Source: Callorhinchus milii
Lineage: Eukaryota
Length of the DNA stretch: 64,000 nt
Direction: 5' to 3'
Assembly: GCF_018977255.1 (NCBI RefSeq)
Contig: NW_024704743.1
Coordinates: 111,726,001 to 111,790,000 of the forward strand
Shown here: positions 49,801 to 63,300 of the stretch, piece after piece
Layout: each line of letters begins with the position of its first letter
Numbering within the stretch: the first letter of the stretch is position 1
Notes under the pieces: generated by a model
The model's input: only the letters and a program-made list of their open reading frames with translations
The model's database searches: none
What the model was told of the DNA's origin: nothing
Position numbers and translations under genes: made by a program

Positions 49801-52245
49801 ACTGGTGATGCCTCAGAAAGTTGGGGTCAAAACCCAACTGCTGCTGACAGAGCTGGGTGAGTTCAGGAGATAAAGCGTCCATGGTCGGCAGCTGCAGAGT
49901 GAGCTGAGCAGGCAGAGAAGAATGCTGCATCATAAGTGGGGGGAAAAGAGGCAGATCCAACGAGATGGGCATCTGAACCTGGGACTGCGAGGAAGGGGGA
50001 GGAGGGGGTGGTGGAGGAGGGGGCGGTGGTGGTGGAGGTGGCAACGGGGATTGGGCAGATCCTTGGAGCTTTCCATTGCCTGTTGAGGGAGGGGGCGGCG
50101 GTGGAGGAGGAGGTGGAGGAGGTGGGGGAGGGGGTGCAGGTGGCTCTGGTGAGGACGGAGCTACAGGATACAGTTTGTCGTAAGCTTCTCTGTAGTTACA
50201 CGCAAACGTTTCCAGTTCTCCAAAGGGGAAAAATTGGTAATGAACGTGCTCCTGGTGACTCTTCAGGATCAGAATGTTTGAAAAAAACTTGCCACATGAG
50301 AAACATTCCAGTTTGTCAGAATTGTCATTCTCCCCGTTCTTGCTCCTCTTCTGCACTTTCTGTTTGTTCTCGTTAAACTGGATGACCAATTCAAAGCCAA
50401 AATTTTCCAACAAGGCTTTTGCGGCATTACCCCTTGCGCCGGATGGAATGCGAGGAGGTGGGAGCTGTGGTTCCAGTGATTTCTGCTTTTTGGCCTCTCT
50501 ATTCTCTCTTAAAGCTTCGGATTCCATTGAAAACTCATGCTGCGTCATTGCTTCAGTTTTCTCTGTGGCTTCTTCAGTTTCTTTATGGGAATAATTATCT
50601 TTTAACATCTGAGCCTCGGATGCACTGGCAGCATTCTGTTCTAACTTTGATTGTTTAACTGCTTGGTGCTGTTGCTTCTGTGCAAGCTGTTGAGCTTGCA
50701 ATGCTTGATGTTGCTGCCCATGCTGTTGCAGGATTTGCAATTGATGCTGCCCTTGCATTTGCTGTTTCAGATCTTCCAGAAGAGTTCCTGTCATTGCAGA
50801 CATTCCAAAGGCCCCTGAACCAGGGAGCCCTAGTTCTGTGTTGAGATTGAATTCGGTGCCTGGGATATAAAAGGGAAACAGAAACTGTGGCTGCTGTAAC
50901 TGGAGCAAGGTTTCGGCTGTCATGGGGAAGTGTGGCAGCAGTGCTGGGTTCAGAAACTGGGTTTGAAAGAATGCCGCTTGCTGCTGCAGTTCATGCTGTA
51001 GCTGCATTTGTGCCTGAGCATGAGCTTGTGCCTGGGCTTGGGCCTGGGCTTGTGACTGGGCCTGAAGCTGGGCCTGTGCCTGAAGCTGGGCCTGCACATG
51101 CAGCTGAGCCTGGCTCTGTGCTTGTGCTGGCGACTTGGGCGTTTGTTGGATGGACTGAGAAGAAATTGTTTCACTGAACTGTTTTTTGTTCGCGTCTTTG
51201 ATATCCACATTGCTGTCCTTGTGACTGACTGACGGTGCCCCGAGAGAATCAGTACTCATCTGACCAGTGGAATGCAAGCTACTACTGCTAGCCACACCAC
51301 TGTTTCCACCAACAGTGCTGCAGTTCCCTGCTTCCAGTTTGGCTGCCCTTGCTTTAGTCTGGTGAAGCACAGATCTCATATGTATTTCCAGTGTAGAGCT
51401 CTGGCTATACGCAACATTGCAAGTGTTGCATTTATAGGGCTTATTATCTACGCTGTTGTTGGACTCTTGAGGAACTGGACTTGATGCCTCTTGCAGAACT
51501 TTCTTCAGCTTGTGTAGGTGAGACACTGAATTATAATGAACCAAAAGGATGTTCTTTTGAGTGAAGGATTCTTTGCACACCGTGCACTTGTATGGTCGTG
51601 AAGGATCTAAGAACTTTTCCATTGTAAAATTTGGACCTTTCCTGAAAGGCAAGGTTCGTTTTGGTTCTGAACTAAATTCATCAAGAATAGAACTGCTGTC
51701 ACTTCCTGCTGGACTCGCTTTGCCATCCTGATCAGTTTCTTCCTCCTTATCTGTTTCCTGTGCCAGAATATTATCCTCTTGACCCATCACCTCGTTTTCT
51801 GGCCAGAACTCTCCGTTCATGTGATAACTTCCATAGATCTGCTGAATCTCGGCCTCACTTAGTTCAGGGTGACTCGTCTCTAAGTGTTTCTTTAAAGCCA
51901 GAAATGTGCGGAAGCTGCGCTGACAAAGGCTACACATTGTGGCAGCCCGGATAGCATGGTACTGGGAATGGATCTGAAGTTTCTGCAAGGTCTTAAAAGC
52001 AAGGCTACATTGGTTGCAGCGGTATTTATAGACGTGTCGATCAGATACAGGCAACTGCTGCCTTTTCTGCATTTCATTTATTTGGTCCTGCAAAGATTCT
52101 GAACCCTTAAAGCTCTGGCTTCCATCTTTCTTCCACTCAGCGGTGTCTGAAGATTCCTTCAGTATCCTCTGCTCTTCATTTTTTGACTCAAATCCAGATT
52201 TTGAGCTGTCTGTGGCTGCGTAAAACTTCCCCTCTGAATTTTCTC
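46834..52245 (-). CDS. ZFHX4: ZFHX4 giant exon (5412 nt): four homeodomains, multiple C2H2 fingers, polyPro and QA tracts
   Basis: Acceptor ttaaacag|52245 and donor G|GTAAGT at 46833. Homeodomains start [37 protein letters not shown] and [12 protein letters not shown]. The frame is open throughout. Confidence 0.97.
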
Positions 52246-52962
52246 CTGTTTAACAAAAATTAATATTACACATAAAAAACATACAGAGTTTAACAATTGC
52301 TAATAACAATGGGCACAACTCCCTTACACTCCTCCAGCAATGGGAACCATAAGGTAAACCTCAAACCTCCCCCCACCCCCACCAAACACACACACTCTGC
52401 CTTGACAACAGAAACTCTAGCTCTACCTAATGATCAACCCTGTTGAATGCAGGCTGGATAGGAGGGGACAGTTAACACAAAATATTACTGTACATTGTAA
52501 CTTACTGAGATATGCTACCAAATGCCATCAGATCATTAATTATCACTTTCCAAACCATTATAGACTTTAGCTAATTCGCAAGTGACTCTGAGACTGAAAA
52601 TGTATTCCTCAATCAAGAATTCCCAGTACAATAATCAAGAATTGAACTTGTGTGTGTAGGGGAGTTAGAGATGAGCTATAACTACTTGATTGCAAAATGT
52701 ATCACTCACACTTTTCATCCTGTACAAAGCATTTTTTCTCCCCTAACCCTCCTAACCCTAACTAGCAGCTAGCTAGTAAAATCCACCCTAGACATATGCT
52801 ACTCAAGACAACAACAACAAGAAAATTACATTTATATAGCATATGCCATCCTAGACATATACGCACTAGGAATGAGCACAACCCAGTCAATAATTTATTA
52901 CTAGTCTCCTCACCTATTCTAAATGCTGCCTGCCACATTCCCTACAACTCACCACTGAATTA

Positions 52963-53660
52963 CAACAACAGCAACAACAACATGTATTTATATAGTGCCC
53001 TCCACCCCCGGCAGTGTCTCAGAGCGCTTAACAATGGCAGAGCCCGAGGCCGAGACGGGGATGGGGGAAGGTGACCGTAAGCGTGGTCGAAGAGGAAGGT
53101 CTTCAGGCGTGGGGAAGGAGGGGGCGAGGTGAAGGGATTAAGGGAGGGAGTTCCAACATTTCAGGGTGTAGTGGCTGAAGGCACGGCCGCCGATGGTGGA
53201 GTGGAGGATTCGGGGGACGCTGAGGAGGCCGGACCCAGTACAGTGGAGGCAGCGGGTACTGCTGTGGGGAAAGAGGAGGTTAGAGAGATAGGGGGATGCC
53301 AAGGAATGGAGGGATTTAAACACTAGGGTAGGATCTTGAAGTCGATCCGCTCTGTGACAGGGAACCAGTGGAGTTTGGCAAGGATTGGAGTAATCGGGGC
53401 ACGATGTTTGGTGCGGGTGAGAATGCGGGCGGCGGAGTTTTGAATTAGCTGAATTTTGCGAATAGTGGAGGATGGGAGACTGGCGAGGAGGGCATTAAGA
53501 GTAGTCCAGCCGAGAGGTGACAAAGGCACAGATGAGAGTTCGGCAGCTTTTGGGGTGCGGTATTGTCAGAGACGGGCAATGTGGCGGAGGTGGAAGAAAG
53601 CGGTACTGGTCTGGGACTGGATCTGGGGGGGAAGGATAACTGGGGATTACCAAACTTACT
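52963..53660 (-). mobile_element. L2 LINE 3' fragment
   Basis: IRKIQLIQNSAARILTRTKHRAPITPILAKLHWFPVTERIDFKIL and GGRAFSHYTLKCWNSLP. Confidence 0.85.
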
Positions 53661-54169
53661 GGGCCAACAAGTGATCACAAACATCCCTCAGTAGCATGCA
53701 GAGGAAAGGAAGGACTGAACCTCTCCTAAATATGAGATGTGATTTGCTATTACTGTGCAAACAGCTTCAAAGGATTGCAGTCTGAAGCATAACTTCCAGC
53801 AAAATCAATGAGTGGTTATTAAGACAGAAGCCCTACTCTAGACCCTTGTTAAAGTTATGAGCAACCAGTAGTCAGGCTCATGGTCCCAGACCGGAAACAA
53901 ACCTACTTGATAACCTCTCCTCATGGAATAAGGATCTCCCAATATAAATGGTTTGAGAACCTGGCAACAGACTGGTCAATGTTTCCACAAATGACACATC
54001 ATGATTCCAGAAAATTCTACTAAAGGTAGAATAGTTCGATAAACTCTAAACAATGTATTTATATCAAGACTAAGGTGGCCCCCCACAAACCTCATCATGC
54101 GACATCCAACTCAATAAAACCACAGCTATTTACAGTAAATTACACTATAAATTTACTGGTGAAAAACTA

Positions 54170-54465
54170 AACACAGATCAATACTTTAGATAAACCAACA
54201 GTAGAACAAGAGGACATAGGTTTAAAGTTGTAATGGGGAATTTCAGGACAGATACCAGGTAGTTTTTCTTTAAGTGGAGGGTATTGAATGGCTGGAACAG
54301 ATTGCCAGGAAAGATGGCTAGCCTTATTTTATAAAGCAGCTTGATGCAGTGATGGGAGGGGGGTGTGGGGAAGGGGAGGGGGCAGTAGGATGTGTGTTCT
54401 GGAGGGAAGAGATTGGATCAGTCGATGGGCCTTCTTCATCCAGACCAATCTTGTAATTCTGTGAT
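54170..54465 (+). mobile_element. CR1 LINE 3' end
   Basis: agaacaagaggacataggtttaaag...tggaacagattgccagg...gatgggccttcttc (RTRGH-like motif and CR1-like 3' UTR). Confidence 0.65.
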
Positions 54466-55689
54466 TTAGATAAAGTCTCTCACACTAGGATTTGCACCCA
54501 AACTGGTGGTAAGAGTGGGAGGGGGGTGAAAAGATGGCGAATTTAGTTTGAAGAATGCCTGCAAATACATATTTATACTGATCTCACTTCCATATCAATG
54601 TCAAACTAAAGCCTAAAAAAAAACTGAAGATTTGTAGCCTAGCCACCACATAATAGAGAAGGAATGAAGGGAAGTATGGAAACAGGAAACAACCCATAGA
54701 GCAGGTAGCTGGGATTGCTGGTACAGTAATCATTCCCTGTAAAGTTGGGGCTTGTTGCTATTTTTGTGGTCTCAGGGATGGGAAAACTCAAATCGTTCCA
54801 TGAGGTTTATGAGGTCCTCATTGTGAGTATTCCCCTCCCCATCCTAGAGACCAAAAGAATAGCAAAAAAAAACGATGTCCCGCTTGTATTCCTCGGCTCT
54901 TAATCCCAGTTACTACAAAAAATATCAACAAATAGCACCCCAAACTAGGAAGAATAGTCCTCAATGTTTCCACCCAACTATCTGTGCTATGGCCTTTACC
55001 AATGTCCACACCCAATCTTCAAGTCTAAAGCATGAGTACAAGTATGTATAATTGTTAACAGACTCACCGCATAAACACATGTGTCTGCCAATACATCACA
55101 TAAAGTGTACAATTCATTTATAAACCAACATACATCTCTGAAACAGTAACAGAAACATATCTGCTGTCATTTAGCGCGAAAGAACAAACCTTGCCAATTT
55201 TTCAGAATTCTGACCTTTGAAAGCAGTTTAATAGAAGCAAGATGTGAATCTTAGCATTTGGTTTATTCTTAAACTTTTCTCTTTCAAACAAAAACATACA
55301 GGGCAATTCCATTACACCTCCTTCCAACACCATGTAGCCCCCTTAAAGCGTTGAGGTCCTGTTGTTCCACACTATCCAGAAATGCAATTTCTGGGCTGAG
55401 TGTCTGGCTTCCCATGCTAAAAAATGTCCCACTTTCAGGGTCATTGTTGATATCACTTCCTGTGCGCTGCACACATGCATTATGTACAGGAAGCACTGCT
55501 GACATCACTTTGTGAGGGAACGTGACATCAGTGGAATTTCTTACACATAGCACGCAGGAATAGATGCCAGGAGCAACCTTAGCAACTGTAAGTCAGACCA
55601 TTCTTTGGGCTTTGCTTACAAAGCAATTGTTGGGTATAATGGGTTGCCTTGTATTTAAATAATTACCATTGTTCCAACCTAGCTTTTAC

Positions 55690-55807
55690 CTGATGATTTG
55701 CAAGATTCCTCTGTGCTTCCAGCTGCAGCATTGCTCGGCAAACATTGCATTTTCTCCGACACAAGAGAGGGCATCATCATGGGTGTCATCCCATCTGAAG
55801 ATGACAC
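55690..55807 (-). CDS. ZFHX4: ZFHX4 internal exon (118 nt; VSSSDGMTPMMMPSLVSEK...ESCKSSG)
   Basis: Acceptor cttttatag| and donor CAG|GTAAAA. Phase 0 to 1 exactly bridges the flanking exons. Not in the ORF track. Confidence 0.88.
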
Positions 55808-56156
55808 CTATAAAAGTAGAAAAACGGATCAAACAATATTACTAATTGCAATATCATACATACATATTTACAACTGCACTCATTACACAAACCACCATAA
55901 TGAAAGTCATTTTTCCTTTAACAGTGAAATCAATTCCGATAGCTGAATATATGAGCTTTATTCCTTTTAACACACATATTCAATGCTTATACTACTCATG
56001 TGCATTCATCCCCATTGACTTAGAATAGATGAATTCCCTTTGTCTATTCTGCATTTCAGACAACAAATGAGACACTGGTGTAAGTGGGGGCAAAGGGAGA
56101 GCTAACATGCAGTGTTTGTTTGCATTATCATATTGTTTGTTCCATGCTTATAATGC

Positions 56157-56480
56157 CAGCCTGGCTCAGTTGGTAGCACTCCTGCCTCTGGCTCAGAAGG
56201 TTGTGGGTTCAAGCCCCAGGTTGTGAATTTGAACTGACACATCATGATTCTAGGCTAACACTTTAATGCTTTGCTGGAGGTGCTGCCCTTTGGATGAGAC
56301 ATTAATACCAAGCTCCCGTCTTCCTGTTTAGGTGGACGTTAAAGATTGTATGGCATTATTTGAAAAGGAGTGAGTTTCGCCAGGTGTCCTGGTCCATATT
56401 TCCGCCAATTAAAATTGCTCATTCATTTCATGGCTTGTGGGACATTCCTGTGAACAAATGGCTGCCGTGTCACCTACGAA
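56157..56480 (+). mobile_element. tRNA-headed Deu-domain SINE
   Basis: Head ctggctcagttggtagc...gggttcaagccc. Deu-like core ggtgctgccctttggatgagacattaa...ggtggacgttaaagat...gtgtcctggtccatatt. Confidence 0.7.
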
Positions 56481-57109
56481 AATTCACCCTCTCATCGGCT
56501 TCACCCAATTTATTTTGTCGCCCGAGGAAATGTTCTTTGAAATTTTTCTGTGATTCTCAAAGGTAATGGAGCAAATTTCCAGATGTCAATCTAACCTATA
56601 ACCTACATTATTCAAACCTGACCATCTGATAAGTGGTAAGTGCACAGCACAGTACTTGTCCGGCTAGGGCCACACTAACCATTAGAGCTTTGTTTTACAG
56701 GTTAAGGTTACGTCTACACTGCCAAATCTCACTGATGTCCTAGATTATGGCAGACCTGTGTAGCTTTTTAACTGTGCATCTCTCTTCTGTCAGTTCAACC
56801 CCAGGGAGACCCTGTGTATGTTTCGCTGCAGGAACGTGTTTTCATACATCTGATAACAACCTGACCTTATTCATTAGCACCTCACCACAGTTATTAGGCC
56901 AGCTCACTACTGAAACCCCCTTTTCACATTCTTGTGCTTTCATTTAAAATGTGGCGACCAAAATCCTAAACTCACTAATGAAGGCACCTCCCTAATAAGG
57001 GCAAAACAGGCCAGTCTATTGACTGCCCTTAATAGCTAGTTTCCATTGTATTTTTAGTCAATGATCACAATTCATTGTATTTTTAGTCAATGATAACTCA
57101 TCACTCCAA

Positions 57110-57420
57110 AATCCTTTTCCTCTTTACCTAATGGATAAATATTCATGTTCGATGGTTCCACTGCCAAAGTACTTTACCTTACAATTATCCACATGAAAAT
57201 CCATCTGCCGTTCCCCCCAGCTAAACTGCTTAATTTGTCTTGATTCTTTTGAAAGCTTATCAATTCTCTCCACGCTAATACTCCTCTGTCCACAGTTTGA
57301 TGTGATAATATTAACAGAAGTATATTCTCCCCCACGTGAATTTTGTAAATAGCAATGGATCAAGAACAGTCCTGCAGAATTCCACCAGCCACTGGAATTG
57401 AAAAGAACACTCAAAAACTG
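57110..57420 (-). mobile_element. CR1 RT remnant
   Basis: FSWGERQMDFHVDNCKVKYFG resembles the CR1 motif WQMxFNVxKCKVMHFG. Confidence 0.6.
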
Positions 57421-59373
57421 CCTGAAAAAGCACTGTGACGTAAGGAATTTCCCCCTTTGCCAACTCATGAGACTTTGGCTGAGATCTCAGATCAGAGCTA
57501 AGATATTGCAGAAAACCAAAATTTACACCACAAAGTGCTTTTTCTGAGTTTCACTATGGGAGTTATTTTCACCTTAAGGGTCCCTAAGGTGAAAGTTTAC
57601 CCATTTCTCATCACCTTTTTCTTTCTGTTTGTTAACTTGCGATCAGCCAAATAACTTGCCAGCAATTTCGCAAGTCATAATTTGCTTTAAAAACTCACCC
57701 GTGGAATTTTATCAAGTACTTTCTGAAGCTCCAGCTGAACTACAGTAAACACACTGTGCAGTTCTCATTTGAACACTTAGTTACATCCTTAAATATTTTT
57801 TGTGTCATGACCTATCTCTTTTAAATCCGTACAGACTGCTCTGAGCAACATCTCTGCTCATCAAGTAAACAGTAATAAGTGGCCATAAGATGTCTCTAGA
57901 TGCTCATGTTCTCCTCTACTGATGTTAAGGTCTGTAATTTCCTTGTCAATGTGGTCTAAAATGTAGCAATTTCAAACAGGGTTTCTTGATAAGGAAACCA
58001 GACAGACGCCAAGTCGAGTTGTGGGAATTCAGCCTGACGTGATCTACATTCAGAGCGGGATTCATGCATCAATGCGACATGCAAACCGTTCTTCCACATC
58101 CTAAAGGAGTCTCCTTATGATGGAATCCTGATAGAAATTGCTGCATATTAACTCCCATATCTCACTCTTGTTTTAAATATCACAATAACATTTGCTTTTC
58201 TCCAGACTTAAGTCTGTATTATTGTATGAATAATATTGCAAATATTATTATGTAAAAGCAAATTTCCTTGTGTTTATGAAACTGCCAAAAATATTAACTA
58301 TAGCTATGTCAAATTCCTTGTAATTCATCTGGTTCAGGTGTCCCCTAGACATTTAGGGTAGACCCTATTCTAAGTCAGTGGGGGGAAATAATCCCAGTGC
58401 TTTCAGTTTCTTTATAACACATGCTTCACTGACCCCTCCATATGTTATAGATTCCTGTCAGAGAGTATTTTGCTGCATTTAAAATGTATCTATATTCTTC
58501 ATTTGTTAAGTCTGACATAAAACATTCTGTCACTTCTTGACATTACCTCCCCTTTTCGCCCCATAATATTTTGGCCAGCCTCTTGTGGATACATTTGGGT
58601 AATGCACATTGGAATAGTAAACAATGGATTTGTACAAATGTAATCAATGATTTATTTTATTCCTTTTGTTGATGGCTAACAATTTCCTTTTCTTTCTCTT
58701 ATTTCTGTTTAACTTCAAAATACACAGTCACTGCACTTTATTGTATACCCTGTGAAGAGCTTTGAGATGTCCACCTGACATGAAAGGCATTATATCAAAT
58801 GAAGAGATTATTATTTTCATTACAATTTAATCCACTTAATTCTTGTACCTATTTTAGCTTTCCTCGAATGACATGAATTTTTGTTTTCAAATAATTCTGC
58901 TTAACCTTTGAGGTTATTTCTGACTTGCTTCTTTAGCCATGATGCTCGAATCCTGCCATCTTTGGTCTTGTTCTCAAAGAGACACAATTCTTTCCTTCAC
59001 CCCTTAAAAGAGCCGTGAAATTCTGTGCAGTCAATGGAAACCTGAAGCATTTATTCCCCATACGCAAGAATAATTTTTAAATCATAGCAGCCACTATTCA
59101 CCCATTTTACACTGCGTACTATTTCATTTCTAAGTAGGAAAATGTGAACCAATATGTCAACTTCTGGTAATGTATGATGCTGAAATAGCATAGTGGTTCA
59201 TCTACAAGTAAATTAGTAATTATCTTATGGCATAAATCACAACAGGAATGCATTTTGTGCTGAAAAGGGCAATAAACTCTCAGGCAGACGTGTATTTTAA
59301 ATGGGATGGGTTTTAATTTTGCAGAATCTAGAGCCAATAACCCATTAACTGAGGTACATTTTAAACTGCTTAC

Positions 59374-59574
59374 AGTCATAAGTAGCTTCTCTACGCAGTC
59401 AGGTGCCACGCTGTGTAAGTGGGTCAGGTGGAGCTGTAGATGGATCTTGTTGCTGAGGACGTCCTGACATAGAGGGCAGCAGATGACTGGCTGCATAGAA
59501 TGTTGGGACATGACATGCAGCTGGATTCGGTTTGCATCCTTACTGTTATAATTACAGTAGGGACATTGGTAGAG
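59374..59574 (-). CDS. ZFHX4: ZFHX4 internal exon (201 nt, two C2H2 zinc fingers)
   Basis: tttcag|[67 protein letters not shown]|gtaagc; phase 0-0. Confidence 0.95.
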
Positions 59575-60210
59575 CTGAAACAAAATAATATTTAATACAA
59601 GGCACATTAAAAACTGACGTGTGTGGCACGCAAGCTTCTCAGCTCCGCTTTTCTATTTTTAAAAAAAAAGATTTGCACATCACTTAGCTTTGAGGCTAAA
59701 AGATATTCAAAGTGTTACTTATAAAACGCAAAGTCAAACTTAATGCAGTCTTTATCGATGTCAACAGGGGCCAATTCTAGATGTTCAAAAATGGCAGCAG
59801 CTATTCAAATCATTCCTAATTTTTTTTTACAGTCAAGATTTCAGTTTCAGGAGCATATCTTTCACATTGTTCTACACCATTATTATTGTGAAAAATTAGA
59901 CTCACACGTAAGATGCTATTTTCAATACTCTCGAACTGGCCCCTGCTTACAGTGCAGGAATTTCTTGCATCCAAGTCAAAAATTCCTTATGGCAATTTCC
60001 CTTTAAGTGATAATCGAAAACAGAAAATGTTTCATCAAAATGTACCAAAGACAACAACAATCTTTTTTAAAATGTTTATGAAACTTTTTTTATATACGAA
60101 TTGGCCAGTAAAAAAAAACCTCGAGAAATAATTTGCTGGGAATTCAAATGAAAAAAAATCAGGAACAAAACAGACCAAAAGAACAATCAACCCTATGTTT
60201 GGTCTCTTAC

Positions 60211-60344
60211 CTGCTCTTGACTGAGTTTGCTGCTGACACATGAACGAGCCCTCTTGGATGTAAGGTCATCATCTCCTCCCTGCAGGAGTGAGCGCTTTCC
60301 TACTACAGAACCTCCTTTAGTTTCTGTACACAGCACATTTGTTC
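60211..60344 (-). CDS. ZFHX4: ZFHX4 internal exon (134 nt; ...GDDDLTSKRARSCVSSKLSQEQ)
   Basis: Acceptor ctcttaacag| and donor CAG|GTAAGA. Open frame, phase 1 to 0, matching the next exon. Confidence 0.85.
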
Positions 60345-63300
60345 CTGTTAAGAGGATATAATGTCAGCATAAACATATTCATCAGCTGGAATCTATTATT
60401 GCACCCCCCCAGGTTCATTCTCCCACAAAACACACAGTCATTGCCACTTTACAGTATTGTGTATTGTGCAAAGCACTTTGTCACGTCCTTTCGATGTGAA
60501 AGGCGCTGTACCAAATTCAAGGATTATTATTTATTATTAATTTCAGCAGCAAAAGAACAAGCTGTTTGGATCCAGCTTCTCCGTTCAAAAGGACAAGTGC
60601 TATTTATGTACACATTTACTTCCAGAAGAATTCGTTTCTCATCACCTCAAGTGGCACACTACTCATCCCCCCTTACAAGTGCTAACACAATTGTTTAAGA
60701 AAATTCGGTGCAATGCTACAGCACTACCCAGCAATATCACTATCTAAAGTGTAGGGGGGGAAGGGGAGAGGTGGGGGAGGGTAAGAAAGAGAGCGAGAGA
60801 GAGAGAAGGGAGGTGAGAAACCAGTTGCGAGATTTAAGGAAAAAAGAGACTATGTTCTTAAATCTGAACAGTTCATTCATCCTTACTTTTAAATAATCAT
60901 TGCAATTGGGTTTGATTGTAAGGTTATAAGCACCTCCTGCTGGTTGGGCAGCTACACTGTCAGAATAATTTGGGCGTCTCTGTTACTTAGTGTAAAGCTT
61001 GCGCTTAATAAGTGCTCGTGAAACAAAACAGTGACCCAGCAGTCGATAACACTCTTGCCACAGACCAGATAACACTATGTTTCGATGGCTCCATATCCTT
61101 TTATGGAATGCTAACATTTAATTTTTTTGAGGGGGGTTTGGGGAAATTCCAAATTAATTTTGTTACAGTCCTATTTGACACACAATGATGCAGTTCTACA
61201 TCAACTGTTGGTTCGAGGGAACTGCTGGAGTTCAAAGGAGAGGTTGTAAAAGATACGAAGGGTTTGATAAGTGTTTTTTTAAAAAAGCTGGTTAAATATT
61301 AAATATCAGAGCCAAAGAATTTGCTAATTTTAGTCATATAAGAGAAAAGCAAAACCTAACTAAATTCCAAAACACCTTTTTATTTGATTTTTTTTATATT
61401 AAAAAAAATCTAAACAGACCAAGTTGATAAATCTAATAATTACTTTTCAGTTGTTTAGATAACCTCCTGTTAGGTTGGAAGATTAATCAATATCATTCTC
61501 TGACCAGCATGGCAGCCTGGATTCCAATCGGCCTCACTTCAAAACAAATGAAATTCTGTTCTTGACATTAGGTTTGACAAAATGATCAGCCTATGTAAAC
61601 ATTAACTGAATTTTAGGTGCTAAACAGCATTATATGTTTATGTCTGCTGTGCATTCCTAGATCCTTATTGATGGTCAAAGCTTTTTTTTGCACACACCAA
61701 TAATGAATGCTGTTCTATTCTACTCGAGTGAAATTCAAGCTCAATCTATGCTATACCTGTGACACAAATATTTGGAGTAAAAGTCTAGCCGGCTCTGTGA
61801 CGCATACAGAAAAAAAAATCATGCACATTAGAGACAAGAGGGCAATGCTGATTTCCCAGTGCATCACAAGATTTTTCCCCCCAATAACAAATTGCCAGAT
61901 AATCTCTTCTGCTAGGCTAGATATTATACTGGCGTTGGGTAGTCATGTCACATATATCTCATGGCAAACAGAAAACCTCATTTACCAACCTTTCCAATCT
62001 CATCCCTGCTCAGTATCGTCTGACCTTTTTTTCAGCAGTTTATTATAAGCATTTTCTAATTTTAACTTTCAATTTTCGCCATCTTCCAGTCAATTTAAAA
62101 CTAAATGAATTTGAGGGCGAGGACAGTATCACTGGACAACTGGGGGAAAATGCTTCTCGTAATGCAATGAAGATGAACGATTGATTGGTATCAGATGCAA
62201 CATAAATATATACAGTTCAGCGGTTATCCAATTGTCTGCAGTGCATGTGGATGCATTTTTACGATTTTGTAAAATACGTACGTGATTCGTATCTGAACAT
62301 ACTGTATTATGTGCTGAATGCACAATAACTTTAGTTTAAATTAAACATAAGATGGTGAAGCTGCTTTAAATGAATGACAATATGTAAATTCTAATGTACG
62401 TAAATTATTCCTGGTACATGATTTTATAAAGGTCTTTATGACAAGAGCTATCATTAGCAGAAAGAAAAATCATGCCCATCTTTTTGTCTGCAGACAAATA
62501 CGTTTACCTTAGCAATGCTATCTTTTGACAGGCTAGTCCTTAAGCAGCGCACATTACATTTACGGCTGACATTTAATTTTTATTAACACTATGGTTAATA
62601 TTCAGCTTTGGAGCTTGCTGTCATATTCCTTAACATAAAATTGTTTTCTGCTTCTGTATGTATTCCGACCTCATTTTACTTTCACATAGAACATTAATGC
62701 TCCATTCCAACGAGCTGGCACATAATGCTTCTGAGGACGACACAGACTCGTTCCTGAACCTGATAGCTTGGTCAATTACAACAAAACAAAATGTGGTGTG
62801 TGATATTTTCACAGCAAGACTCTCGCCTCCAAGTCAGGCAATTAACCTGTCTCCTGATTGCAGCTGTCTGGGAGATTTGATTTTCCAGAATAGCTCTGAC
62901 ATTGCATCTCTACTCCACAATAATATGGCAATATTAACATAGAGTCATCTAGTTAGTATATTGTTCCAATTATTGTCTAGTGGGTGCAAATAAAATGCAT
63001 ATAGCTATTGTATCCTGCATTCACATTGTGACCACCGCTAAATTATTTCTGTGACTTATGTTCAAATCTCAATTACCATCTCTTCTTTGTGGTGCATTTT
63101 TTTTATTTGCTAATAATAATTTCTGCTGAATTATTCACGGATGTTTTTTTTGAAAAAATGACACTGGCAGAAATCATAAAATTAATCCTTGAGCCGTACT
63201 CGGGAAGAGGTCATGGTCTGCTATGAACACTAATGGGGTTTATTCTTAAACAGGTAATGGAGGCCCAAGACTGGAGAGCCAAACAGCCTGTTTAGACAGT

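Noticed and set aside
47668..52077. Antisense or alternate-frame ORFs over the giant exon
   Set aside because: Shadow ORFs expected from the codon bias and low complexity of ZFHX4
52741..52762. Interstitial telomeric repeat (CCCTAA-like)
   Set aside because: Only about three degenerate units; compatible with chance
62630..62812. Next upstream ZFHX4 exon
   Set aside because: No ZFHX-like translation and weak splice sites; that exon is probably beyond the window
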